A stretch of DNA of 64,000 bases. It comes from Candidatus Omnitrophota bacterium. Its GTDB lineage: Bacteria; Omnitrophota; Gorgyraeia; 1-14-0-20-64-10. How positions within the stretch are numbered: the stretch's first letter is position 1; every line of letters starts with the position of its first letter. The position numbers and the translations under genes are program-made. The stretch covers positions 20,873 through 84,872 of the forward strand of contig JAHFFE010000001.1 in NCBI GenBank assembly GCA_023248155.1, written 5' to 3'. This document shows, piece after piece, positions 54,010 through 63,336 of this stretch. The notes beneath the pieces are model-generated. The model was not told where the DNA came from, searched no databases, and saw only the letters and a list, made by a program, of their open reading frames with translations.

Positions 54010-54420
54010 CTAAACCTCTTCCAAATGTTGCTCAGTCACATTTCCATCGCGGATCGTGAACGCCCGCGCACGCGGCCGCCCCTGATCTTTCAGCGTAACC
54101 AGCAGATAATAACCGCCGTAAAAATCCTGGATCGCCGTGGCGCGTTCGATGTCGCGCGGCGACGGATAGGCCTCGGTCGCGACATGCGAATGATACACGG
54201 CCAGATGTTCCAGTTTTTCCTGGCGGATCTGTTTCTGCGTTTTTAATTGCTCGCCCGGATCCATTTCATACCAGGTCGGGCTGGCCGCCGCGTTGGCAAC
54301 CGGAAATGCCTGCGTAATCGTATCGCCGGTGCCGGCCAGATATCCGCACGCTTCATTCGGATAGTCGCGCTCCGCATGTTCTGTCATTACGCGCATTGCC
54401 GCCGCCGTAATTTTCAGCAT
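54010..54420 (-). CDS. Mov34/MPN/JAMM-family metalloprotease
   Basis: EACGYLAG...YHSHVATEAYPSPRD gives the JAMM motif (E...HxH-x7-S-x2-D). The start is taken at MLKITAAAM. Confidence 0.6.
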   Translation of the reverse strand: MLKITAAAMRVMTEHAERDYPNEACGYLAGTGDTITQAFPVANAAASPTWYEMDPGEQLKTQKQIRQEKLEHLAVYHSHVATEAYPSPRDIERATAIQDFYGGYYLLVTLKDQGRPRARAFTIRDGNVTEQHLEEV

Positions 54421-54424
54421 CGGA

Positions 54425-55177
54425 TCAGGCGGTGCCCCATTTTGATTTGACCATCTTCTCCACTCGCTTGAAAATAAGCGTGTCAATGGCAACGCTGATG
54501 GTCGCGATGATCACCATGAACGCCAGCAGCTGGGGCATCTGCCGCTGCTTGGCAACATCATTAAGCAGCCGACCCATTCCCTGAATAGAACCCACCATCA
54601 GTTCTCCGGCCATCAACGCTCTCCAGCCAAACGCCCACGCCAGACGAAGCCCGTCGACAATGCGCGGAATCGCCGCGGGAACAATCACATGCCAGAACAG
54701 CGTTGCTCCCCGCGCGCCCATGGTTTTGGCCGCCCGCAACACCAGCGGAGGCACTTCTTTCACGCCGGAGCTGGTATTGACCATGACAATTCCGGCCGCG
54801 CCCAGCAACACGGTAAAAATCACGGCCGACTCATTCAGCCCAAACAGAACGATCGCCAGCGGAACCCAGGCCGCGCCCGGCATCGCGTGCAATGCAATGG
54901 CCAATGTTCCCAATACATCGTCGAGGAAACGGAACCGGCCCAGCAATAAGCCGGTTCCAATCCCGATAATAACGACACCGGTAAAACCGATCATCATTCG
55001 GCGCAGCGAACTGGCCACAGCAAACAGAAACGCGGCGTCCGTCATGTTCGTCACGACCAATCGCCCGATCATCAGCGGCGATGGCATGTGAGGAACAATC
55101 CTAGCGAGCGCCTCCAGACCCATCAGCACCAACAGCCACAGGGCCGGTTTTTTTAACCAGGTAATCCAAGCCTTCAT
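54425..55177 (-). CDS. ABC transporter permease (NitT/TauT family)
   Basis: 250 aa with six TM helices and an EAA-like loop (ALMAGELMVGSIQGMG). Confidence 0.7.
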   Translation of the reverse strand: MKAWITWLKKPALWLLVLMGLEALARIVPHMPSPLMIGRLVVTNMTDAAFLFAVASSLRRMMIGFTGVVIIGIGTGLLLGRFRFLDDVLGTLAIALHAMPGAAWVPLAIVLFGLNESAVIFTVLLGAAGIVMVNTSSGVKEVPPLVLRAAKTMGARGATLFWHVIVPAAIPRIVDGLRLAWAFGWRALMAGELMVGSIQGMGRLLNDVAKQRQMPQLLAFMVIIATISVAIDTLIFKRVEKMVKSKWGTA

Positions 55178-55934
55178 CTTTCACCACTTTCGCGATTTCT
55201 TCCTGTAAACCAAGTAAAATTCGTTGCTGAACCACCACCAGGTGCGGGTCGCTTTCGCGGCGCGGGCGCTGTAAATGGATGGCATATCCTTTTTTAAGCC
55301 GGCCGGGGCGCGCCGTCATCGTAAAAACCCTGTCAGCCAATACAGTCGCTTCGCGCACATTGTGCGTTACAAACAAAATTGTTTTTTTTGTTTCGCGCCA
55401 TATTTCAATCAATTCTTCGTGCAGCAAATGGCGCGTCTGGGCGTCCAGTGCGGCGAACGGTTCGTCCATCAGTAGAATTTTCGGATCCATCGCCAGCGCG
55501 CGCGCGATCGCCACGCGCTGTTTCATGCCACCCGAAAGCTGGTACGGGTAGGCACCGGAAAAACGCGACAAATGCACCATCCTCAAATAGTGGCCGGCTT
55601 TTTTGGTTTGCTCTGCCTTAGGCGCCCCCGCCATCTTCAGGCCAAATTCCACATTCTGCTGAACCGTGAGCCATGGGAAAAGCGCGGATTCCTGAAAAAC
55701 CACCACGCGGTCCCGCCCGGGTCCCGTAATCGGAGTACCATCAATCAAAATGCGGCCGGCACTCGGTTTTTCCAATCCGGCAATTAAATAAATCAGCGTG
55801 CTTTTTCCGCAGCCGGACGGCCCCACCAAACAGACGAATTCGCCTTCGGCGATCGTCAAGTCGATATCGGAAACGACATCCGTCTTGTTGCCGTTATGCG
55901 AAAACTGTTTGGTAACCCGCTCTAAAACAACCAC
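55101..55934 (-). CDS. ABC transporter ATP-binding protein (NitT/TauT family)
   Basis: Walker A GPSGCGKST, signature LSGGMKQR and Walker B LLMDEPF. It overlaps the permease gene start. Confidence 0.8.
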   Translation of the reverse strand: MVVLERVTKQFSHNGNKTDVVSDIDLTIAEGEFVCLVGPSGCGKSTLIYLIAGLEKPSAGRILIDGTPITGPGRDRVVVFQESALFPWLTVQQNVEFGLKMAGAPKAEQTKKAGHYLRMVHLSRFSGAYPYQLSGGMKQRVAIARALAMDPKILLMDEPFAALDAQTRHLLHEELIEIWRETKKTILFVTHNVREATVLADRVFTMTARPGRLKKGYAIHLQRPRRESDPHLVVVQQRILLGLQEEIAKVVKDEGLDYLVKKTGPVAVGADGSGGAR

Positions 55935-56030
55935 GCTGTGTCTCCCCCCTGTGAAATTTCAGGCCGGCAGCGGATTCATGCCGCCACCGGCCCGTTTTGG
56001 AAACAATCGGGATGAACGTTTCCTAAACGA

Positions 56031-56453
56031 TTACTCCAGATACTTCGAGAGCGCTTCGGAAGTAGCCGCACCCACCACGCCATCAGCCTTCAGGCCGTTG
56101 GCCTGCTGAAACGCTTTGATCGCTTTCTTGGTCTGCGGACCTTCCTTGCCATCGACATTACCCTGGTAATATCCGGCAGCCGCCAGCGCCTTCTGAACCT
56201 GGCGCGTGCTTAGCTTCGACTTGCTCGACGACGATCTGCGGCTGTCGGAGCCGGAATTAAAGAGCGCCGACGAACCGGACGAGGCCGGCTGCCCCATTTC
56301 ATCCACGCGCTGATTCAGCGTGTTAACCTGGCCCTCCAGCATGTCAATGCGCGATTTCAAAAGATCGGTTTCCTTCGGTCCGCCGGAAGTGGCGCAACCG
56401 GCCAATAAAACGCCTGCCATTACCATCGATCCAACCATTGCTGTCTTGTTCAT
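56031..56453 (-). CDS. Lipoprotein with C-terminal peptidoglycan-binding (PG_binding_1-like) domain
   Basis: LAGC lipobox, a Ser-rich linker and a C-terminal LAAAGYYQGNVDGKEGPQTKKAIKAFQQANGLKADGVVGAATSEAL. Confidence 0.55.
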   Translation of the reverse strand: MNKTAMVGSMVMAGVLLAGCATSGGPKETDLLKSRIDMLEGQVNTLNQRVDEMGQPASSGSSALFNSGSDSRRSSSSKSKLSTRQVQKALAAAGYYQGNVDGKEGPQTKKAIKAFQQANGLKADGVVGAATSEALSKYLE

Positions 56454-56478
56454 CCCTTGATTTGTCTCCTTTATTGGA

Positions 56479-57183
56479 CTACTGTTTATGAAGCCCGCAT
56501 TCTTTATGCTCCGGATTTTCCCACCACCACCGCCCGGCACGGATATCCTCGCCCGGCTTCACCGCGCGCGTGCAGGGCGCGCAGCCGATCGACGGATAGT
56601 TCTGGTCGTGTAATCGATTATACGGCACATTTTGCTTCTTAATATGCTCCCACACCTGCTGCGTGGTCCAGTCGGCCAGCGGATTGACCTTCGCGATATT
56701 GCCATGTGCCGCATCCTGTTCTAATTTTGGCAGAACCGTGCGCGTTACCGCCTGCTCGCGCCGCAGCCCGGTCACCCAGGCATCCAGACCGGCCAGCGCC
56801 CGATTAAGCGGTTCTACTTTTCGGATGCTGCAGCATTCTTTCCGGTTCTCGATCGACTCACGGAACGAATAAAACCCTTTTTCGCGCTCCAGCTTTTCCA
56901 CGGCTGCTCTTTCCGGGAAATAACTGGTGATCGAAATTCCGTAACGAGACCGGATTTTATCCATCACTTCGTAAGTCTCTTCGTTCAACCGGCCGGTGTC
57001 GAGCGTAAAAACCGGTATATTGAGCTTCAATCGGGCAATAATCTCGATCACCACGACATCTTCAGCGCCAAAACTGGATGCAAACGCAATCTTCGGAAAC
57101 CGTTCCGCGCTCCAGCGCAGAACCTCTTCCGCAGACTTTTTTTCCAGATCAGCTGCCGCTTGTGTTATTTCTTGTATATTCAT
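56479..57183 (-). CDS. cysH: Assimilatory adenylyl-/phosphoadenylyl-sulfate reductase (CysH, Fe-S type)
   Basis: PAPS_reduct fold, SIGCAPCT and a C-terminal KECGLH (Cys cluster of APS reductases). The ATG at 57181-57183 is preferred over the TTG at 57231. Confidence 0.75.
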   Translation of the reverse strand: MNIQEITQAAADLEKKSAEEVLRWSAERFPKIAFASSFGAEDVVVIEIIARLKLNIPVFTLDTGRLNEETYEVMDKIRSRYGISITSYFPERAAVEKLEREKGFYSFRESIENRKECCSIRKVEPLNRALAGLDAWVTGLRREQAVTRTVLPKLEQDAAHGNIAKVNPLADWTTQQVWEHIKKQNVPYNRLHDQNYPSIGCAPCTRAVKPGEDIRAGRWWWENPEHKECGLHKQ

Positions 57184-57275
57184 GTAGTTTAATTCTTTAA
57201 ATAAGTTACTATTCTTGATATTTTTTGTCAAGAATTAATGAGCTTATGATATGTAATATCCGCAATCGGATCAAG

Positions 57276-58625
57276 CTATTTTTTGCGTAATTGATCGAGC
57301 CGGATCTGATGCTGGCGCTCCTGTCCCTGATCGGACGGCTGATAATAACGGCGCTGTTCGGGCAAATAGTCCTGTTTGACATGATGCCCTTCATAATCAT
57401 GCGCATATTTGTATCCTTCGCCATGCCCCAATTTCTTGGCGCCGGAATAATGGGCGTCTTTTAAATGTGTCGGCACTTCCAGCGTTTTACCGGCTTTTAA
57501 ATCGGCCATCGCCTGGTCAATCGCCATAATAGCGGCATTGGATTTGGGCGCCATCGCCACATAGATCGTCGCCTGCGAAAGCGGGATCCGGCACTCGGGC
57601 ATCCCGAGAAATTCCACCGCCTGCTGCGCGGCCATGGCAATCAACAGCGCCTGCGGATCGGCGTTGCCGACATCTTCCGACGCGCAGATGACCAGCCGCC
57701 GCGCAACGAACCGCGGATCTTCTCCGGCGTAAAGCATCTTGGCCAGCCAGTAAACAGCCGCGTCGGGATCGGATCCGCGCATGCTTTTAATGTAGGCCGA
57801 GATCGTATTGTAGTGGGCGTCTTCGTCGCGGTCATAGACGACCGCTTTTTTCTGGATCGATTCCTGCGCGTCGTTTAATCCGATCGAAACGGTCCCGTCG
57901 GCGCCGACCGGCGTCGTGGTCACGGCCACTTCCAGTGCGTTGAGCGCGCGGCGGGCATCGCCATCACAACAGGCGGCCAGAAATTTCAGCGCGGCTGCGT
58001 CGGCTTTCACTTTTAGCTTGCCCAGGCCGCGTTCGGAATCGACCAACGCGCGGCGCATCAATTCCAACAAATCATTTTCGGAAAGGGGTTTGAGTTCCGC
58101 GACGATTGAGCGCGACAACAGCGGCGCGATCAGCGAAAAAAACGGGTTGTGCGTCGTAGCGCCGACCAGCAGAATGGTGCCGTCTTCCACCTCGGGCATC
58201 AGAACATCCTGCTGCGCCTTGTTAAACCGGTGAATCTCGTCGATAAACAACACCGTGCGGGCGCCGGCTTGCGCGCGGCGGAACCGCGCCTGTTCAATGA
58301 TGCGGCGTAAATCGTCGACGCCGGCAGCCACCGCGTTGATCCGCTCGACTGGACTTTTCGTGCGCGCGGCGACTAAAAAGGCCAGCGCGGTTTTTCCGCA
58401 GCCGGGCGGACCGTATAAAATCACGCTGGTCAAACGATCGGCTTCAATCGCGCGGCGCAGTAATTTTCCGGGACCCAGCAGATGCGGCTGGCCGACATAT
58501 TCGTCGAGCGTGCGCGGGCGCATCCGGGCCGCCAGCGGCGCATGGGCAAACGGAACGGCGTCCGCAGAATCGGAACTGCGAAACAGGTCGGAGCCGGTGG
58601 ATGTCGTTGATTTTTTAGGTGCCAT
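57276..58625 (-). CDS. rarA: Replication-associated recombination protein A (AAA+ ATPase)
   Basis: 449 aa with Walker A GPPGCGKT, Walker B LFIDEIHR and a MgsA C-terminal domain. Confidence 0.9.
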   Translation of the reverse strand: MAPKKSTTSTGSDLFRSSDSADAVPFAHAPLAARMRPRTLDEYVGQPHLLGPGKLLRRAIEADRLTSVILYGPPGCGKTALAFLVAARTKSPVERINAVAAGVDDLRRIIEQARFRRAQAGARTVLFIDEIHRFNKAQQDVLMPEVEDGTILLVGATTHNPFFSLIAPLLSRSIVAELKPLSENDLLELMRRALVDSERGLGKLKVKADAAALKFLAACCDGDARRALNALEVAVTTTPVGADGTVSIGLNDAQESIQKKAVVYDRDEDAHYNTISAYIKSMRGSDPDAAVYWLAKMLYAGEDPRFVARRLVICASEDVGNADPQALLIAMAAQQAVEFLGMPECRIPLSQATIYVAMAPKSNAAIMAIDQAMADLKAGKTLEVPTHLKDAHYSGAKKLGHGEGYKYAHDYEGHHVKQDYLPEQRRYYQPSDQGQERQHQIRLDQLRKK

Positions 58626-58783
58626 TCGTTGCCATCAATTCAGGAGAAGGATAAGCCCCGCCTGCGCCGTGTGCGGATGAATCATGAACCTGGTTTGACC
58701 AAGTTGGGAACCCGCTCACCTGTTTCTTGCTTCCCTCCCTCGACGGGTGGGCCTGCACTCCGCAGATGAAGACAAGCTCCCTT

Positions 58784-58811
58784 TTGATTCTGACTGTTGG
58801 TTCAGAATCAA
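58784..58811. promoter_or_regulatory. Perfect 10-bp inverted repeat TTGATTCTGA-N8-TCAGAATCAA in the rarA/HemJ-like divergent intergenic region
   Basis: Read directly from the sequence. It lies about 100 nt upstream of the plus-strand start at 58908. Confidence 0.3.
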
Positions 58812-58907
58812 TCCGCCAAACACGCACGCCACAGGGCCACTTCCCTTATACCACGCCTTTTGCTACAGTAAAAGCGAACTTCGACCCACTAAAAAGGAGG
58901 TTGCGCA

Positions 58908-59528
58908 ATGCCGGATCTTTACAGCAATGTTCATCTGATCTTACGCTGGCTGCATGTGCTGGCGGGAATTACCTGGATTGGTCATCTCTATTTCTTCAAT
59001 CTCGTGAATGTGCCGCTGCAGGGTTCTCTCGACGATGCCGGCAAAAAAATAGTAAACCCGCAATTGATGCCGCGCGCGCTCTGGTGGTTCCGCTGGGGAG
59101 CGATGATCACCTGGGTGGTCGGCATCGCGCTGTTCACGCTGATTTATATGTATACGCCGGGTGTTGGCTTCGGACCGTCGGCTTTGTTTATGGACGGCGG
59201 CAAATTAACCGACCGCGCGATGTGGATTTTATTCGGCGGACTGTTGGGCACCATCATGTGGTTCAATGTCTGGATGATCATCTGGCCGATCCAGAAGCGG
59301 CTGCTGACCGGCAAGGTTCCTGCCGCGGAAATCGCGCAGCAGCGGCGCAAGGCTTATCTGGCTTCGCGCACCAACACCTTCCTCTCCGGCCCGATGTTAT
59401 TCGCGATGCTGGCGCCGTCTCATTATGGGGCGATGTCACTGCAGGCGTTCTTAATGGCGGTTGGAGTCGGCGTCGTGGCGGTATTCTGGGCGATTAAAGC
59501 CTCGCCGAAGGTCGGCAAGCTCTCGTAA
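58908..59528 (+). CDS. HemJ/CopD-superfamily membrane protein (possible protoporphyrinogen oxidase HemJ-like)
   Basis: 206 aa with five TM helices. TM1 (HLILRWLHVLAGITWIGHLYFF) resembles the His-containing first helix of HemJ/UPF0093. Haem-synthesis genes are nearby. Confidence 0.4.
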   Translation: MPDLYSNVHLILRWLHVLAGITWIGHLYFFNLVNVPLQGSLDDAGKKIVNPQLMPRALWWFRWGAMITWVVGIALFTLIYMYTPGVGFGPSALFMDGGKLTDRAMWILFGGLLGTIMWFNVWMIIWPIQKRLLTGKVPAAEIAQQRRKAYLASRTNTFLSGPMLFAMLAPSHYGAMSLQAFLMAVGVGVVAVFWAIKASPKVGKLS

Positions 59529-59591
59529 GCGTACTAAAACAAAAAGCCGTTCGTCCTGTCATGGGATGAACGGCTTTTTTGTTGGGCTTAT

Positions 59592-61676
59592 TTAGCGCAG
59601 AACGGCCTGAAACTTTTCGGAGAGGGCCTGCACTATTTTTTGATGCGCGGCCTGGACTTCTTCTTCGGTCAGCGTCTTGTCGCCGGTGGAATAAACCAGC
59701 CGGAACGCAGCGCTTTTCTTTCCGGCGGGAACCTGCTTTCCTTTATACAGATCAAACAGCTCCGCGTTTTCCAGCAGCGGCTTGCCGGATAAAAGAATCG
59801 TTTCCATCAACTGCGCGTAAGAAACGTCTTCGGAAATTAAAACGGCCAGGTCGCGCAGCACCGGCGCCACTTTCGGAAGCGGTACCAGCGTATGCTCCCG
59901 TGCTTTCATGCGGCAGATTTTTTCCAGATCCAGTTCCGCATAATAAAGCGCAACCTCTGCCGGGATTTCATAGGCGGCGGCCACGGCCGGATCAATCTTT
60001 CCGGCAACGCCGAGCGAAACGGTTTCCGCCTCAAACGAAATCACGGGGCCGGAATAATAACTGTTTCCATTTTCACGAACCGATTCGGAAACCGAAATAC
60101 CGGCAAATGAAAAAAGCTGCCGAATAACCCCCTTCAAGTGCAAAAGCTCCAGCGGCTTGGACGGTTCTCCCCAGGCCTGCGCCGGCGTGCCGGCCACCAA
60201 CAGCGCCAGCCGTTTCGGTTGATCAGGTGTAAATTCTTTCTGCGTTTCCGAACGGCGGTAGATCGATCCGATTTCAAAAAGCTGGAACGCGCTAGCCGCT
60301 TTGCGGTTTAAATTGCGCGACACCGTTTGCAGCGCGCCAATCAGCAGCGTGCTGCGCATCACGCTGTATTCACGGCTGAGCGGATTCCATAATTCGAGCA
60401 GTTGTTCCGGCGGAATCCGGACTTTTCCATGGTCGTCGGGATGAACCAGGCTGTACGACAAAATTTCCTGATAACCGGATGAGGCCAGCTGAGCGCGGAC
60501 CGCTTCTTCGCGGACAAACGCCGGATCTTCATTCACGGTCCAGTCATCGCGCAGTTCTTCGCGCGGCAGCGGCGGCAGTGTTGCCGGACAGCGGTCATAT
60601 CCCCATAACCGCGCGATCTCTTCATTCAAATCTTCCGGAATTTTCAGATCAGCGCGCCAGGAAGGAACTTCGGCTTTTAATCCGCGGCCCGTCGGAACGA
60701 CGCGGCATCCGATCCGTTCCAGAAATTTTTTCTGCTGCGCCGATGTGGCGCGGATGCCCAAAATTTCGCGCGCCTTCTTCGGTTTGAAAACAATGGCGCG
60801 GGATTCCAGCCCGCTTTCGCCGGCATCGGTTATCGCCGTGATTTTCCCGCCGCCCAGCGCGACGATCATCCGCGCCGCGCGGATCGCCGCAGCAGCGGTC
60901 CGTTCCAAATCAACACCCCTCTCAAACCGGTACGACGATTCAGAACTGATTTTCGTTTCGCGCACAGTGCGCCGGACTGAGGACGGTGAAAACCAGGCCG
61001 CCTCTAAAAAGAGACGGCGTGTTTGTCCGGAAATCTCGGTTTCTTTTCCACCCATCACGCCGGCCAATGCCACGGGATGTTCCGCATCGGCAATCACCAG
61101 CGTTCCGGCCGACAACGTCCGTTTATCTCCGTCGAGCGTGACCAGTGTTTCACCGGCGCGCGCCGCGCGGATATGAACCGGTCCCCCGCCGAGCCGGTCT
61201 AAATCAAACGCGTGCATCGGCTGGCCGAATTCCATCATGCAGTAGTTGGTCACATCGACAAGGTTATTGATCGAACGGATCCCCAGCCGTTCCAGCCGCT
61301 GGGTCATTTCTGCGGGCGAGGGTTTTACCTCAACCCCTTCAATCACAATGCCGACATAGCGCCGGCACCCGATCGGATCATCGATCGAAACCGGAATGCT
61401 TTTCCCGTCGGGCAGCCGCGGCAGACGGCACTCTTTATCGAGCCAGCGCGGAAAACGGAACTGCCTTCCCAAAACGGCTGCGGTTTCGCGCGCGATTCCC
61501 AAATGCGAAAGCAGGTCGGGACGGTTGGGCGTTACCTCCGCCTCAAAGCGCCAGTCACCGTCGATTTCCTGCAGCGAATTAACCTCGAGTCCGGCCAATG
61601 TCAGCCGGTCGGCCAGCGCCTGCGCCGGAAGCGACAACTCCAGATAATCGCGCACCCAGGAAAGAAGAAATTTCAC
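59592..61676 (-). CDS. pheT: Phenylalanine--tRNA ligase beta subunit
   Basis: 694 aa with an N-terminal MKFLLSWVRDYLEL, B3/4, B5, catalytic-like and FDX-ACB domains. The N-terminal OB-fold tRNA-binding domain appears to be absent. Confidence 0.9.
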   Translation of the reverse strand: MKFLLSWVRDYLELSLPAQALADRLTLAGLEVNSLQEIDGDWRFEAEVTPNRPDLLSHLGIARETAAVLGRQFRFPRWLDKECRLPRLPDGKSIPVSIDDPIGCRRYVGIVIEGVEVKPSPAEMTQRLERLGIRSINNLVDVTNYCMMEFGQPMHAFDLDRLGGGPVHIRAARAGETLVTLDGDKRTLSAGTLVIADAEHPVALAGVMGGKETEISGQTRRLFLEAAWFSPSSVRRTVRETKISSESSYRFERGVDLERTAAAAIRAARMIVALGGGKITAITDAGESGLESRAIVFKPKKAREILGIRATSAQQKKFLERIGCRVVPTGRGLKAEVPSWRADLKIPEDLNEEIARLWGYDRCPATLPPLPREELRDDWTVNEDPAFVREEAVRAQLASSGYQEILSYSLVHPDDHGKVRIPPEQLLELWNPLSREYSVMRSTLLIGALQTVSRNLNRKAASAFQLFEIGSIYRRSETQKEFTPDQPKRLALLVAGTPAQAWGEPSKPLELLHLKGVIRQLFSFAGISVSESVRENGNSYYSGPVISFEAETVSLGVAGKIDPAVAAAYEIPAEVALYYAELDLEKICRMKAREHTLVPLPKVAPVLRDLAVLISEDVSYAQLMETILLSGKPLLENAELFDLYKGKQVPAGKKSAAFRLVYSTGDKTLTEEEVQAAHQKIVQALSEKFQAVLR

Positions 61677-62725
61677 CGTATCCCTCCCGGGAACTGCTCC
61701 AAAAAGCGGGCGTCATTCTCATAGAAATAGCGGATGTCTTCAATGCCGTGCAATAACATCGCGATTCGTTCCACGCCCATGCCGAATGCAAACCCCGTCG
61801 TGCCGGGCAAATAATTAACGGCCTTGAAAACTTCCGGATGGACCATGCCGCACCCTAAAATTTCAAGCCATCCTTTTTGTCCGCAGACGCGGCAGCCTTT
61901 TCCGTCGCAGAAAATACAGCTTAAATCGGCCTCGGCGCTCGGTTCGGTGAATGGAAAGTAGTGCGGCCGGAATCGCAGGCGGGCTTTTTCGCCGAACATG
62001 CCGCGGGCCCATGCGATCAGCGTCCCTTTCAGGTCGCCGAACGTCAGCCCTGGACAAACGGCCAATCCTTCCACCTGATGAAATTGAAAACAATGCGTCG
62101 CGTCGACAGCATCGGGACGGTAAACGCGGCCGGGCACGACGATTCTCAGCGGCGGCTTGTGGGTATCCATAAACCGGATCTGAACCGGAGAGGTATGCGA
62201 CCGCAATAAATAGCCGGTCCGTTTTCCGTGATCCGCCATATAAAAAGTGTCGAACCCTTCGCGCGACGGATGATCGGGCGGAATATTCAGCGCATCAAAA
62301 TTATTCCGCTCCACTTCGATCTCGGGACCCTGCACGACGGAGAATCCCTGCGCGCGGAAATTATTTAAAATACGGTCGATCACCTGCGAGATCGGGTGAC
62401 TGCGGCCAATGGAAGGAGGATAACCGGGTAAAGTGGCATCGATGCCGGATGATTTTGCGGGAGCGGAACCGGAAAGATTCGTGCGCCGTGCGGCCAGCGC
62501 TTCTTCAAGCCGCTGTTTGGCCGCGTTGAGTTGCTTGCCCAGCTTCCCTTTTTCTTCGGAAGCAAGACCCGGGTCTTTCATCGCGGAAAACTGCTCTGTT
62601 AATTTTCCCTGACGGCCAAGGTACAGGACGCGCACCGCCTCGACGGCGGCGGCGTCCTTAGCCTGTTCCAGCGCGGCAAGCGCTTCTGCCGTGATGGACT
62701 CCAGCTGAACTTCGCGCTGGCTCAT
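61673..62725 (-). CDS. pheS: Phenylalanine--tRNA ligase alpha subunit
   Basis: 350 aa with class-II motifs (FRPHYFPFTEPS, GMVHPEV, GFAFGMGVERIAM). Confidence 0.9.
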   Translation of the reverse strand: MSQREVQLESITAEALAALEQAKDAAAVEAVRVLYLGRQGKLTEQFSAMKDPGLASEEKGKLGKQLNAAKQRLEEALAARRTNLSGSAPAKSSGIDATLPGYPPSIGRSHPISQVIDRILNNFRAQGFSVVQGPEIEVERNNFDALNIPPDHPSREGFDTFYMADHGKRTGYLLRSHTSPVQIRFMDTHKPPLRIVVPGRVYRPDAVDATHCFQFHQVEGLAVCPGLTFGDLKGTLIAWARGMFGEKARLRFRPHYFPFTEPSAEADLSCIFCDGKGCRVCGQKGWLEILGCGMVHPEVFKAVNYLPGTTGFAFGMGVERIAMLLHGIEDIRYFYENDARFLEQFPGGIR

Positions 62726-62742
62726 CGTCAGACCGCTTGGGT

Positions 62743-63108
62743 TTACGCGGCCTTCGGCAGCGCGTTCTTGGCGATGCTGACCAACTGAACGAACGCCCCC
62801 TCATCGGTGGCGGCCAATTCAGCCAGGATCTTGCGGTCCAGTGAAACATTCGCGGCCTTCAGGCCGGCGATAAACTGGCTGTAGCGGATTCCCTGCTCTT
62901 CGCAGCCGGCTTTAATCCGGACAATCCACAATGAACGAAAATCACGCTTGCGAACTTTCCGGTCGCGGGTGGCATAGGCCATCGCGCGGTAGACCGTTTC
63001 TTTCGCTCGGCGGTAAATCTTGGATCGCTTGCCCCATGCGCCCTTGGCGCGTCCAATCATCCGCTTGTGGCGCTTCTTGCTCGATACAGAATGTGTTACG
63101 CGTGCCAT
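62743..63108 (-). CDS. rplT: 50S ribosomal protein L20
   Basis: 121 aa. RVTHSVSSKKRHKR...YRRAKETVYRAMAYATRDRKVRKRDFRSLWIVRI matches L20. Confidence 0.9.
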   Translation of the reverse strand: MARVTHSVSSKKRHKRMIGRAKGAWGKRSKIYRRAKETVYRAMAYATRDRKVRKRDFRSLWIVRIKAGCEEQGIRYSQFIAGLKAANVSLDRKILAELAATDEGAFVQLVSIAKNALPKAA

Positions 63109-63126
63109 TTCAATTCCTCCTAAAAA

Positions 63127-63324
63127 TTACCGGCCGGGCAGAAGCCGCTCAATGCGCTTCTGATCCGCGGCGCTTAAATAAGCGGTTCCACGGAGATTCC
63201 GTTTGCGCTTGCTGGTGCGATGGCTCAGTAAATGTCCGCGGTTGGATCGCTTGTGCTTGATCTTGCCCGAAGCGGTGAAACTGAACCGCTTCGCGGTTGC
63301 CTTGCGTGTCTTTAACTTCGGCAT
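63127..63324 (-). CDS. rpmI: 50S ribosomal protein L35
   Basis: 65 aa. MPKLKTRKATAKRF...GKIKHKRSNRGH matches L35. Confidence 0.9.
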   Translation of the reverse strand: MPKLKTRKATAKRFSFTASGKIKHKRSNRGHLLSHRTSKRKRNLRGTAYLSAADQKRIERLLPGR

Positions 63325-63336
63325 GAAAAACCTCCC

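Noticed and set aside
58626-58907. Possible cobalamin riboswitch upstream of the HemJ-like gene
   Set aside because: There is no B12-box (GCCACTG-type) core or conserved riboswitch architecture, only the palindrome reported above.
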